Shown here: positions 1-9,401 of the stretch, in pieces
Position numbering within the stretch: the first letter of the stretch is position 1
Layout of the letters: each line of letters begins with the position of its first letter
Source: an uncultured delta proteobacterium
GTDB lineage: Bacteria > Myxococcota_A > Polyangia > Polyangiales > Polyangiaceae
Length of the DNA stretch: 64,000 nucleotides
Assembly: GCA_963841435.1 (NCBI GenBank)
Contig: CAWJCS010000005.1
Coordinates: forward strand, 1,152,001 to 1,216,000
Reading direction: 5' to 3'
Made by a program: the position numbers and the translations under genes
Notes under the pieces: model-generated
What the model was told of the DNA's origin: nothing
The model's database searches: none
The model's input: the letters and a program-made list of their open reading frames with translations, nothing else

Positions 1-1104
1 TGCGGCATCGACGATCAGGTCGGGCTCGAGACCGACGGCGTAGGACAGTGCGTCGGCGAGCACGAGTCGCCCTTCGGCGTCCGTGTTGATGACCTCGACG
101 GTCTTGCCGGACAGCGAACGGAACACGTCGGCAGGGCGGTACGCGGAGCCGTCGGGCATGTTCTCGGCGGCGCCCACGATGCCATGCACCTCGACGCGCG
201 GGCGCAGGCGCCCCACGGCGGCCATGAGCCCGAGCACGGCGGCGGCGCCTCCCATGTCCGTCTTCATGTCGCCCATGCCGGGCGCGGGCTTGATGCACAG
301 GCCGCCCGAATCGAACGTCAGGCCCTTGCCCACGAACACCAGCCGCTTTTGGGCGCGCGGCGGCGAATACGTGAGGTGGATGAAACGCGGCTCGTTCTCG
401 CTACCCTGGCCGACGGCGTAGTGAAGCAGCATGCCGGCCGCCAAAATGCCCTTCTTGTCGAGCACCTTCACCTTGAGGCGCGACTCGCGAGCGATGCCGC
501 GAGCGATGCGGGCGAGCGCTTCCGGCGTGAGCACGTTCGGTGGCTCGTTGACGGCGTCGCGAGCAAGGCAGACCGCCGCGGCGACGGCGGAACCGACGGC
601 GAGCGCGCGGCGAGCGCCCGCGGGTGCACGCTCGGGCAAAAAGACCAGCACCTTCTCGATGTCCGTCTTCGGGCGTCGGTCGCCGGTAAAGTACTTGACG
701 AATCGGTATGCGCCGAGCGACAGCGCCTCGCCGACGACGCGCAGATCCGCGGCGCCGGGCAGCGCCAGCGCGACGCGCCGCACGCCCGGGCCGAACGCGG
801 CGCGCACCGCCGTGGCGACGGACGCGCGCAGCCGCGCGGCGTCGAAGCCATCGCGCGAGCCGACACCGACCAGGAGGACGCGCTGTGCTTTCACCCGGCC
901 GAAGGTGGGCACGTCGAGCACCTGGTCGGGCTTGCCCTCGAACTCGACGCGGCGCGCGTGCTGGAGCAAGCCGCCGCCGAGAGCGCTTTCCACGGTGCCG
1001 AGCCACGCGTTTTTGGGCAAAGGCTCGGCGTGAACGAGGACCAAGAGAACATCGACCACGGCGCGGACGGGGTCGCCCGAGCCCATCTGAATGGACGGCA
1101 GCAT
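1..1104 (-). CDS. pepA: Leucyl aminopeptidase (M17), 3' end runs off the window
   Basis: Not in the ORF track; my translation of the minus strand from ATG 1104 gives GKGLTFDSGGL, MKTDMGGAA, ENMPDGSAYRP and NTDAEGRLVLAD (M17 signature). Confidence 0.95.
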   Translation of the reverse strand, partial: MLPSIQMGSGDPVRAVVDVLLVLVHAEPLPKNAWLGTVESALGGGLLQHARRVEFEGKPDQVLDVPTFGRVKAQRVLLVGVGSRDGFDAARLRASVATAVRAAFGPGVRRVALALPGAADLRVVGEALSLGAYRFVKYFTGDRRPKTDIEKVLVFLPERAPAGARRALAVGSAVAAAVCLARDAVNEPPNVLTPEALARIARGIARESRLKVKVLDKKGILAAGMLLHYAVGQGSENEPRFIHLTYSPPRAQKRLVFVGKGLTFDSGGLCIKPAPGMGDMKTDMGGAAAVLGLMAAVGRLRPRVEVHGIVGAAENMPDGSAYRPADVFRSLSGKTVEVINTDAEGRLVLADALSYAVGLEPDLIVDAA

Positions 1105-1200
1105 CGCTCTTGGGCGACGGTAGTTCGCGAGGTGGCCGACGGCAATCCGAGAAGGGAGCGGTCCCGTGCGCGCGACGGCAAACCCGCTATGATCGCCGCC

Positions 1201-2160
1201 ATGCGACGCGGTCCTTGGTGGCTCGCTTCGAGCGGGCTCCTGTCTTGGTCTGTCGTGAGTGCTCACGTTCGGGCCGACACACCGCCGACGGCTTCCTTCC
1301 CCCAGACGCCGGAGGCGGCTCCATCGACGGCGTCACCTCCGCCGCCCCCGACGCCACCACCGGCCGCGCCGGTACCGGTGTCACAGCCGGCTGCCGCGCC
1401 GAGCGCGCCAACTCCGAGCGCAGCGCCAGCACCCGCCGCGCCGGTGCCCGCGCCTCCGCCGAGCGCCCCGCCACCCACCGACAGCATAAAGCAGTCACCG
1501 CCACCGTACGTGCCCGCGCCGGTCGAGCCACCGCCGCCGCCGGAGCCTCCGGCGCGGACGATGCCGGGGTTCTCGGTGCGCGCCGACCCATTCAATTTGC
1601 TGCTCGAGGGCCTGCTCGACATCGAGCTCGAGGTGGCACCGCTGAAGTTCGTGAGCTTCGAGCTCGTGCCACGCTTCGTCGTCAACCAGTCGCCCCCGAC
1701 CTTCGGGTACGTGACGGGCCGGGACGAGCAGCTCGAGCGAGCCTCGAATGGCGCCGGCCCGCTCGCCGGCGGTTCGATGGACGTCGGCCTGTGGCTGGAG
1801 GGAAAAGCGTTGAAGGGCACGGTGCTGCGCGCCATCCTCACGGACTATTCCTACGAATACCGAGCGTCGGACGGTGCCGGGACCTTCGACAAGGTCAAGA
1901 TCGTGGAACGGCAGTTTCTCGGGTACCTCGGAGCGCACTCCCGCTGGGGCGCCTTCACGATTGCTGGCGGCTTCGGGCTCGGCGCTGTACTGAACCCGAC
2001 GAAGCGCTGCTTCGACGACCTCGGACGCCCCACTATGGACTGCAACAAGAACCAGGCGTTGATCTACCTCGACCGCCGGGGCCTGACCGTGACGGACCTG
2101 AACGGTGGGCTCGGCAGCTTCCGCTTGCTCGCCCGTTTTTCCGCAGGAGTCGCGTTCTGA
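1201..2160 (+). CDS. Exported protein with Pro-rich linker and probable outer-membrane beta-barrel
   Basis: Signal-peptide-like N-terminus (MRRGPWWLASS...VRA), Pro/Ala linker, amphipathic strands, terminal Phe (RFSAGVAF). The upstream part of ORF 184..2160 is a shadow of pepA. Confidence 0.6.
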   Translation: MRRGPWWLASSGLLSWSVVSAHVRADTPPTASFPQTPEAAPSTASPPPPPTPPPAAPVPVSQPAAAPSAPTPSAAPAPAAPVPAPPPSAPPPTDSIKQSPPPYVPAPVEPPPPPEPPARTMPGFSVRADPFNLLLEGLLDIELEVAPLKFVSFELVPRFVVNQSPPTFGYVTGRDEQLERASNGAGPLAGGSMDVGLWLEGKALKGTVLRAILTDYSYEYRASDGAGTFDKVKIVERQFLGYLGAHSRWGAFTIAGGFGLGAVLNPTKRCFDDLGRPTMDCNKNQALIYLDRRGLTVTDLNGGLGSFRLLARFSAGVAF

Positions 2161-2873
2161 TGAGCCAGCGAGCCGTCGTGGTGACGGGTGCGACCGGCGG
2201 GCTCGGTACGGCGCTCGTGCGCGAGCTCGTGACGGCCGGCCAAGCGGTGGTGGCGGTGGGGCGGGGCCTCACCCAGACGGACATGGACGCGATCCACGGA
2301 GCCGGACGCGTGCTGGCGGCAAGCTTCGACGTGACGGCGCGCACGGCATGGGAGCCGTGCCTCGCGGCCGCGGAGCGGGATGGCTTCATCGTCGCCGGCG
2401 CCGTGCTCGCGGCGGGCGGCTGGGCGGGCGGCGAGCGGCTCCACGAAGCCAAGGACGACTCGACCTGGAACGCCATGCTCGGCGCAAACCTGGAGACGGC
2501 ACGCGTGTCGCTCGCGGCGCTACTGCCGGGCATGGTGGCGCGACAGCGCGGGAGCGTCGTTGTGATCGGGTCGATGGCGTCCGTGCGGCCGTGGGAAAGC
2601 GCGCGGGCCGCGGCCTATGCGGCGGCCAAGGCCGCCGTCGTGGGGCTCGCCCAGGCGACGGCCGCGGAGGTCCTGCGCGACGGCGTTCGGGTGAACGTGG
2701 TGCTGCCGAGCACGATCGACACGCCGAAGAACCGCGCGAGCATGCCGAATGCGGATTTCTCGCGCTGGGTCACGCCAGCGTCACTCGGAGCGGTGATCGC
2801 GTTCTTGCTCTCGGACGCGTCGCGCGACGTTTCGGGCGCGGCGCTGCCCGTCTACGGCGGCGTCACCGTCTGA
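2160..2873 (+). CDS. Short-chain dehydrogenase/reductase (SDR)
   Basis: TGATGGLG Rossmann motif, YAAAK catalytic motif, VRVNVVLPSTIDT. Start overlaps the upstream stop (TGATG). Confidence 0.92.
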   Translation: MSQRAVVVTGATGGLGTALVRELVTAGQAVVAVGRGLTQTDMDAIHGAGRVLAASFDVTARTAWEPCLAAAERDGFIVAGAVLAAGGWAGGERLHEAKDDSTWNAMLGANLETARVSLAALLPGMVARQRGSVVVIGSMASVRPWESARAAAYAAAKAAVVGLAQATAAEVLRDGVRVNVVLPSTIDTPKNRASMPNADFSRWVTPASLGAVIAFLLSDASRDVSGAALPVYGGVTV

Positions 2874-2877
2874 TCGC

Positions 2878-3618
2878 TCACCAGTATTTTTCCACGGTGA
2901 CGTGACCGGGCGCCCGCACCCGGTGCTTCTTCAGGCCACGCTCGGCGAGCAGCGTCGACATCTCCTCGATCATGGCGGGGTTGCCGCAGAGCATGACGTG
3001 GGAGCTCGAGGGCGAAAGCTCGACTCCCGCCGCACGCTCGAGGCTCCCATCGGCTAGCGCCGTCGTGACGCGGCCGCCGAGCACTGCCTTGCTGGGTGGC
3101 TCTCGGCTGGCAAGCCACACGCGGCGAAAGCCTGGGCGCTCCCGAGCGAGCGCGTCGAGGTCGTCACGATGCGCGAAATGCGCCGTGTCGCGCACGCCGT
3201 GTGCCAGCACCACGCGCTCGAATCGCCCCCAAACCTCGTTGCTGCGCAGGATCGACAAAAACGGCCCGAGGCCGGTGCCCGTCGCGACGAGCCAGAGATC
3301 CCTTGCTGCCGGTACCCAGCGTAGCGTGAAGAAGCCCTGTGGTTTGGGCTCGACGAAGACCCGATCGCCCGGCTCGAGCTCGGTGAGTCGCGGCGTGAGC
3401 ACGCCGTCCTCGACGCGCGCCAACAGGAAGTCGAGGGGCGCGCCGGGAGGCGACGCGATGGAGTACGAGCGACGTTCGACGACGCCGTCGTGGGCAAGCG
3501 CGAGATTGACGAACTGCCCCGGCTCGAACGGCTGGACATCCGCCTCGATGGTCAGCGTGATGAGGCCGTCCGCCCAATCGCGCCGGGCGGTCACGCGGCC
3601 TTCGGACCAGCCCTGCAT
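2878..3618 (-). CDS. fpr: Ferredoxin/flavodoxin-NADP+ reductase
   Basis: RRSYSIAS FAD motif, ATGTGLGPF, MLCGNPAMI, C-terminal EKYW. Confidence 0.92.
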   Translation of the reverse strand: MQGWSEGRVTARRDWADGLITLTIEADVQPFEPGQFVNLALAHDGVVERRSYSIASPPGAPLDFLLARVEDGVLTPRLTELEPGDRVFVEPKPQGFFTLRWVPAARDLWLVATGTGLGPFLSILRSNEVWGRFERVVLAHGVRDTAHFAHRDDLDALARERPGFRRVWLASREPPSKAVLGGRVTTALADGSLERAAGVELSPSSSHVMLCGNPAMIEEMSTLLAERGLKKHRVRAPGHVTVEKYW

Positions 3619-3766
3619 GACGAAGTAGAACTTCGATAACTCGTGGTCGTGGCTCGGGCAACCGGCAAAGAAAGCTCGGCGTTTTTTGGCCGGCGGCGGC
3701 GCGGGGACGACCAAGGCGCGAAAGACGCGGCAATTCTCGCTGAAAAGTGTACGCTAGGAGTTCGCG

Positions 3767-6025
3767 ATGGCGTTCCAGATCACCTGCCCGGCGTGTGGCA
3801 AAGCGTTTCAGCTCGCGACCGAGATTTACGAGAAGAAAGTCTCCGGCAAGGTCGTCTCGATCAAGTGCAAACAGTGCCAGCGCGGCATCCGAGTGGACGC
3901 GACCGTGCCGGGTCAGCTCAAGGTCGCCGGAAGCAGTGACGCCTCTTCCGGTCAGGCGGCAGCCGAACCCACGGTGTCCTCTCCCGTCCGAGCCCGCCAA
4001 CCCACGCTGATCGGGGGGATGAGCTCGACGGGGGAGGTCTTCACTCAGGGTGCGGGCGGAGGACTCTGGGCGGTCGATAGTGGAGGCAGCGGGGACGACC
4101 GAGAGCTCACCGAAGAGGAGATCGCCCAGGAGATCGCTGCCGGCACCATCAGGGCAGAGACGCTGGTGTGGCGCGAGGGTTTGAGCGACTGGGCCGAGGT
4201 CCAGAGCGTGCCCACGTTCGCCGCGCTTTTCGCGGGCGCCCCGGCGATCGACCCCGCCGCTGACGAGGCACGGAGCGCGCCTGCGCCCGTACCACCGCCG
4301 CCCGCACCCGTCGCCAAGCCAGCACCTTTCGCTCGGCGACCGGAGGCGGCGCCGGCCGCACCGCCCATGCCCGTCGCGGCAACGCCGGCGGCCGCGCCGG
4401 TTGCCGAGAAGGCGCCGTCGGATCCACGCGGGCTTCCCGCACCCCGCGCGAAGATGCCGTCCGCCACGGGCGGGCTCCCCGCACCCCGCGCAAAGATGCC
4501 GTCAGCGACCGGCGAGCTTCCCGCACCCCGCGCGAAGATGCCGTCGGCCACCGGCGGGCTCCCCGCGCCGCGCGCAAAGATGCCGTCAACGACCGGCGAG
4601 CTTCCCGCGCCCCGCGCGAAGATGCCGTCGGCCACCGGCGGGCTCCCCGCGCCGCGCGCAAAGATGCCGTCAACGACCGGCGAGCTTCCCGCGCCCCGCG
4701 CGAAGATGCCGTCGGCGGCCGGCTTGCCGCCGCCGCGCGCGAGGCTCGGGTCTTCCCCAGGCCTTCCCCCGGAACGACCGAGGCAGCCCTCGGCACCCAA
4801 CCTGCCCCCGCTCGCGGTGGAGCGAGCAGGGATGGACGAGGAAGAAGCCACGGTCATCTACGACCGGTCGGCACCCGACGCGGCGGCGATGTTTCCGTTC
4901 GCGGCTCCGCAGCCGGAAGAGCCTGCGGCGCCGCCACCGCCGATGGGTGCGCTCGCGGAGGAGGCCGAGCCCGTCACCGAGCAGCTTCGCTTGGCGACCT
5001 TCGCGCGACCGGAATCCGACGCGGTCGCAAAGCAGCCTGCCGTGCCACCGCCGATGCCGGGGCTCCCGCGGCAGGAAGAGATCGTGACCGAGCAGCTCGT
5101 CGTCCCGGCGCTCATGCCGCCGTTGCCGCCGCCGCTGCCGAGACCGTCGGAGCCTGCCACGGCCGCGGGCTCGACACCGTATGCGGCCCGGCTGCCTCCC
5201 ATCGTCATGCCGCCGGCCCCCACCCCGCAGCCGGCGCCGGCAGCGTTGATGCAGGCCGCCGTCGCTCCGGCGCCAGCCGCTCCCCTGCAGGGCGCGCCGT
5301 CGCCCATGGGTCAGCCTCCGCCGGCGCCCGTGCCAGCGGCTGCGATCCCGTGGGCACCGGTTCAGCCGCCGGTGGTCTCGGCGCCGGGCCTGGGCAGCAC
5401 GACCGGAAACCCGTTCAACGTCGTCGCGACGACGGACCTCGCGTTCCCGGCCGAGCGGAGCAAGCGTCCGATGCTCATCGCGGCGGCCATCGCGGTCGTG
5501 GCCGTGATCGCCGGCATCGCCATCGCCGTCAGCAACTCCGGTGATGCGCCCCCCGTTCCGAACGCCCTTCCCGCACCTCCTCCGCCGGCGGCGAACGCCG
5601 CGCCCACCGTCGCCCAGACGAACGAGGGCACGACGCCCGGGCCGACGAAAACCTCGGGCGGCGAGTTGCCGACGACGACTCAGGCGCCGAGCGGCAATTT
5701 CTCGGACCTGTTTGCCGCAGGCGTCGAGAAGGCGCGGAGCGGCTCCGGCAAAGCCGCCCAGCGCTTCAACCCGGATCAGGCGAAGCGCGCCGTCGCGGAG
5801 ACGCTCGAGTCCGTCGCAGGGTGCAAGGAAGCCGGCGGAGCAACGGGGCAAGCGGCCGCAGCGGTGACGTTTTCGTCGGATGGTCGCGTGTCGGCCGTCA
5901 CGATCGGTGCTCCGTTCGCGGGTACCTCGACCGGAACGTGCATCGTCGCGGCGCTCAAGCGGGCAAAGATGGAGCCGTTTGCCGGATTGCCCGGCACCAT
6001 CTCGCAGGCCGTGAGCCTGCGCTGA
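3767..6025 (+). CDS. Zinc-ribbon + GYF_2 (DUF4339-like) Pro-rich single-pass membrane protein, GltJ/AgmX-like architecture
   Basis: CPAC...CKQC zinc ribbon, LVWREGLSDW GYF_2-like motif, long Pro-rich linker, one TM helix (MLIAAAIAVVAVIAGIAIAV), periplasmic TonB-C-like domain with 2 Cys. AGGAG RBS upstream. Confidence 0.75.
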   Translation: MAFQITCPACGKAFQLATEIYEKKVSGKVVSIKCKQCQRGIRVDATVPGQLKVAGSSDASSGQAAAEPTVSSPVRARQPTLIGGMSSTGEVFTQGAGGGLWAVDSGGSGDDRELTEEEIAQEIAAGTIRAETLVWREGLSDWAEVQSVPTFAALFAGAPAIDPAADEARSAPAPVPPPPAPVAKPAPFARRPEAAPAAPPMPVAATPAAAPVAEKAPSDPRGLPAPRAKMPSATGGLPAPRAKMPSATGELPAPRAKMPSATGGLPAPRAKMPSTTGELPAPRAKMPSATGGLPAPRAKMPSTTGELPAPRAKMPSAAGLPPPRARLGSSPGLPPERPRQPSAPNLPPLAVERAGMDEEEATVIYDRSAPDAAAMFPFAAPQPEEPAAPPPPMGALAEEAEPVTEQLRLATFARPESDAVAKQPAVPPPMPGLPRQEEIVTEQLVVPALMPPLPPPLPRPSEPATAAGSTPYAARLPPIVMPPAPTPQPAPAALMQAAVAPAPAAPLQGAPSPMGQPPPAPVPAAAIPWAPVQPPVVSAPGLGSTTGNPFNVVATTDLAFPAERSKRPMLIAAAIAVVAVIAGIAIAVSNSGDAPPVPNALPAPPPPAANAAPTVAQTNEGTTPGPTKTSGGELPTTTQAPSGNFSDLFAAGVEKARSGSGKAAQRFNPDQAKRAVAETLESVAGCKEAGGATGQAAAAVTFSSDGRVSAVTIGAPFAGTSTGTCIVAALKRAKMEPFAGLPGTISQAVSLR
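4430..4723 (+). repeat. Coding tandem repeat, 7 x 42 bp ((G/E)LPAPRAKMPS(A/T)TG)
   Basis: Visible directly in DNA and protein; two degenerate copies follow. Confidence 0.95.
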
Positions 6026-6031
6026 CCGGCC

Positions 6032-7087
6032 TCAGAAACGCAGCAGCATGCTGCCCCAATGAAAGCCTGCGCCGAGCGCGAGCACGCAGACGAGCTGGCC
6101 GGGCCGCAAGCGACCGTCGCGCCGCATCTCGTCGAGTAGGATGGGGATGGTGGCGCCCGAGGTGTTGCCGTAGCGCTCGATGTTGGCCGGCATTCGCTCG
6201 ATGGGAACGCCGAGCCGCTCGCAGACCGCCTCGTTGATGCGCTGGTTCGCCTGGTGCGCCACGAACCAGTCGACGGAGTCGAGACGGACCCCCGCGCGCT
6301 CGCAGAGCGCTTGGACGCTGCGAGGCAGCTTGGTGATGGCGTGCTTGAACACCTCGCGACCGTCCATGTGAATCAGGGCGGCGTCGCGCTCTAGGGTTTC
6401 GGTGGAAACGTAGGGGCGGTCGCGAAAACCGGCAGGGATGCAGAGCAACGGCGCGTAGCGCCCGTCGGCGCGAAGATCGGTCGCGATGATCCCCGCGCTC
6501 GCCTCGTCGCTGCGCTCGACGACGAGAGCGCCGGCGCCGTCGCCGAAGATGACGGCCCAGCCGCGGTGTCGCGTCGCGCGCTCCCACGCCTCGGCGCTCG
6601 GGCGGCGGTCGGCCGTGCCTTCGAGCACGTCCCAATCCGTCCACGGCATGAGGCCGGCGTGCGCCTCCGCGCCGACAATCAGCACGCGGCGCGCGGCCGA
6701 GCTCTCGAGCAGGCCGTTCGCGACCTGCAACGAATAGAGCATCGCCGCGCACTGAGTGCGAAGGTCGAGCGCGGGGACGGGCCCGCAGCCGAGCTTGGCG
6801 GACAACAGCGGTGCGGAGCCGGGGAAGAGGTGGTCCGGCGTCATCGTGCTGAAGAGCACGTAGTCGAGATCTTCCGGAGCGAGCCCCGCCGACTCGAGCG
6901 CGAGGCGCGCGGCGGGCAAGGCGAGGTCCGCGGGGCCCTGACCCTGCGCGGCGAAATGGCGCGCCCTGATGCCGGTGCGCTGATGGATCCAGGCGTCGTT
7001 CGTGTCCATGACGCGCGACAGATCGTCGTTCGTGTAAGGCCGCCCCGGCAGGTGGCGACCGGTGCCGATGATGCGCAGGCCGGGCAT
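6032..7087 (-). CDS. fabH: 3-oxoacyl-ACP synthase III family
   Basis: WIHQRTGIRARH, catalytic Cys (TQCAAM), FGDGAGA, HQAN and YGNTS triad motifs. Confidence 0.9.
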   Translation of the reverse strand: MPGLRIIGTGRHLPGRPYTNDDLSRVMDTNDAWIHQRTGIRARHFAAQGQGPADLALPAARLALESAGLAPEDLDYVLFSTMTPDHLFPGSAPLLSAKLGCGPVPALDLRTQCAAMLYSLQVANGLLESSAARRVLIVGAEAHAGLMPWTDWDVLEGTADRRPSAEAWERATRHRGWAVIFGDGAGALVVERSDEASAGIIATDLRADGRYAPLLCIPAGFRDRPYVSTETLERDAALIHMDGREVFKHAITKLPRSVQALCERAGVRLDSVDWFVAHQANQRINEAVCERLGVPIERMPANIERYGNTSGATIPILLDEMRRDGRLRPGQLVCVLALGAGFHWGSMLLRF

Positions 7088-7133
7088 GCGTTCCGCGGGA
7101 CGCGTACTACCTTCGCCGCCGGGGGTGAAGGGA

Positions 7134-8438
7134 TCAGAACGGGATTATTGCGCCGACCGCGGCGTAGCAGCGCCCCAGGTCGGAAAAGAAGCTCGGGTAA
7201 GTCTTGGCGACACAGCTAGGATCCTCGATCGTCACCCCGCCGGCGGCGGCCCCGAGCACGGCGAAGCTCATGGCCATGCGATGGTCGGCATAGGTGCGGA
7301 CCAGGGTCGGGTGCAGCGGGCGCGGCTCCACGCGCAGCGAATCGTGAGTCTGGCTGACGACCTGCCCGAGCCGCTCGAGCTCGCTCGCCACGGCGGCGAG
7401 GCGGTCGGTTTCCTTGATGCGAATGTTGGCGACGTTTCGGATCACCGTCGGGCCCGAGGCGAGCGGCGCGAGCGCCGCGAGCGTCATCACGGTGTCGGAG
7501 ATGTCGTGCATGTCGACATCGAGCCCGCGCAGCGTGCCCGTGCCGCGCACTTCGGTGCCGTCGGCGCGGCGCGTCACCGCGGCGCCGGCGGCCTCGAGCA
7601 CCTCCGTGAAACGGTAGTCCCCTTGCAGCGCGCCCGCGCCGAGGTCCGGCACGGTGATCGTGGCGCCGACGGCGGCAGCCAGCGCGAAGGGGTAGCTCGC
7701 GGACGAAGCGTCCGGCTCGACGGCGTAGCTCCGCGGTCGGTACGCGCTCACGTGCCGCACGTGGAAGCCGGCGTCGGTCACGTCGATGGCGCCGCCGAAG
7801 TCGGCCACCATGCGACGCGTGATCTCGACGTAGGGCCGGCTCACGAGACGTCCCTCGACGATCACGTCCAAGTCTCCATCGGCGGCACCGCCGGCGAGTA
7901 GCAGCGCCGAAAAGTACTGGCTCGAGCGGCCACCGGGCATCGTGACGCGGCCGCCGGGCAAGCGGCCGCCGTAAACCGTGAGGGGCGGGCAGCCGGTCGG
8001 ACACTCGACGCGCACGCCGAGCTGGGTGAGCCCGTCGACGAGGTCTTTGATCGGCCTTTTTTGCATCGCCTCGTCGCCCTCGAGTCGGACCTCACCGGCG
8101 ACCAGCGCCGAAAGCGCCGCGAGGAAGCGCACCGAGGTGCCGCTGTTGCCGACGAACAGCGGACGCGCCGGCGCACGCAGCCGCGAGCGGCCCCCGCGAA
8201 CGACGAGCGTCGTGGGGCCGTCGTCGACGATGCTCACGCCGAGCGCCTCGAGGCCGGCGCGCATGTGCGCCGTGTCGTCGCTGTGGAGGACCCCTTCGAG
8301 TCGGCTCTCGCCTTCGGCGAGCGCCGCGAGGATCAGCGCGCGATTGGTGATGCTCTTCGAGCCCGGGACGCGCCACACGAGCTTGGGCGCTCGCGCAAGG
8401 CGCGGCACGACGAGCGGGCCGGGGGGAAAGGCAGGCAC
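7134..8438 (-). CDS. aroA: 3-phosphoshikimate 1-carboxyvinyltransferase (EPSP synthase)
   Basis: PGSKSITNR, GNSGTSVRF, SSQYFSALL, RIKETDR, DHRMAM, CVAKTYP. Confidence 0.96.
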   Translation of the reverse strand: MPAFPPGPLVVPRLARAPKLVWRVPGSKSITNRALILAALAEGESRLEGVLHSDDTAHMRAGLEALGVSIVDDGPTTLVVRGGRSRLRAPARPLFVGNSGTSVRFLAALSALVAGEVRLEGDEAMQKRPIKDLVDGLTQLGVRVECPTGCPPLTVYGGRLPGGRVTMPGGRSSQYFSALLLAGGAADGDLDVIVEGRLVSRPYVEITRRMVADFGGAIDVTDAGFHVRHVSAYRPRSYAVEPDASSASYPFALAAAVGATITVPDLGAGALQGDYRFTEVLEAAGAAVTRRADGTEVRGTGTLRGLDVDMHDISDTVMTLAALAPLASGPTVIRNVANIRIKETDRLAAVASELERLGQVVSQTHDSLRVEPRPLHPTLVRTYADHRMAMSFAVLGAAAGGVTIEDPSCVAKTYPSFFSDLGRCYAAVGAIIPF

Positions 8439-8491
8439 CTTGTGTCAGCTCCTTAGCACCGCTTCGGGCACGCTCGAGCAGTCACGCGAGC

Positions 8492-9338
8492 CTACGACGC
8501 TCCACACAGCGTGCCCGGCGTCGGGATGGGCTCGCTACAGGAGCCGGTCACGCCGTCGCACAGGAACGACACGCATTCGGTCCCCTGCGAGCAGCTCGGC
8601 CCGCCAAAGTTCGTGGCCGTGCGGCAGACGCCGAGCTCGAGATCGCAGTAGCTCCCCAAGCCACATGCCTGGTTGAGCATCACCGGGTCACAGCCGGCGC
8701 CCTCCGCGGTGGCGACCTCGCAGCGACCGGTCTCACCCTGTTGGCTCGCCGTGCAGTAGAGCCCAACGTCGCAGAGCGGAACGTCGCCGAGCGGATAGGG
8801 GCACCCCTCGCCCTCGCTGAGCATGCGGATCTCGCGGCACCTGCCCTGCACGCAGGCGGTCGTTCCGGCACCCTCGGGCGGCTCGCACATGACGGGCGTC
8901 GAGCAGCTCCCGCCGGGCCGCACGGTGCCGCGCACGACCTTGCAGGCCGTCCACACGTCGCGACGCAGCTCGACGCTCGCCTGCCAGTCGGCGACGCAGA
9001 ACGTCGTGCGAGCGGCCGCGCGCGGCGAGGCAGCTCTCCTCGGCGCTCGGGTCGTAGGTCGCGAGCCCCGCGGCCACGAGCTGCGCGGCCGGCTGGCACA
9101 CGCCCTCGACGAAGCTCTGCAGGCACTCCGCGGCCGAGAACGCTCCGTAGACGCTCGTGCAGCAAGGCTCCGCGCTTTCGCAGAGCCGCGCGGCGAACGC
9201 GGAGCAGCCTTCGAGCACGGCCCCGTCGCTCGTGCCCTTCGCGGTTCCGGCCGGCGGGGGGCCGCCCAGAGGGTCCGACCCGCAGCCACCCAAGAGGACC
9301 AGCGCGGCAAGGCTGGCCGCCGAGAAGCCCGAGCGCAT
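8492..9338 (-). CDS. Cys-rich lipoprotein with a +1 frameshift at about 9000 (sequencing error or pseudogene)
   Basis: Lipobox LGGC in ORF 8733..9395; the Cys-rich continuation is in ORF 8492..9310. Removing one T in GACGT(T)CTGC gives a continuous ...SHDVCVADW... Confidence 0.7.
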
Positions 9339-9401
9339 CGACTCAGGATACACGAAACCCGCGTCGAGCGGCTCGCGTGGCGCGCGGGCGCCCACGCGCC
9401 G

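Noticed and set aside
184..1200. N-terminal extensions of ORFs 184..2160 and 708..2873
   Set aside because: They overlap pepA on the opposite strand; the plausible starts are 1201 and 2160.
4430..4723. Tandem repeats (also 48209-48352) as a CRISPR array
   Set aside because: No unique spacers, unit lengths are multiples of three within ORFs, and there are no cas genes.
6032..8438. aroA-fabH as a secondary-metabolite cluster
   Set aside because: No ACP, ligase, PKS or NRPS genes adjacent; housekeeping roles suffice.
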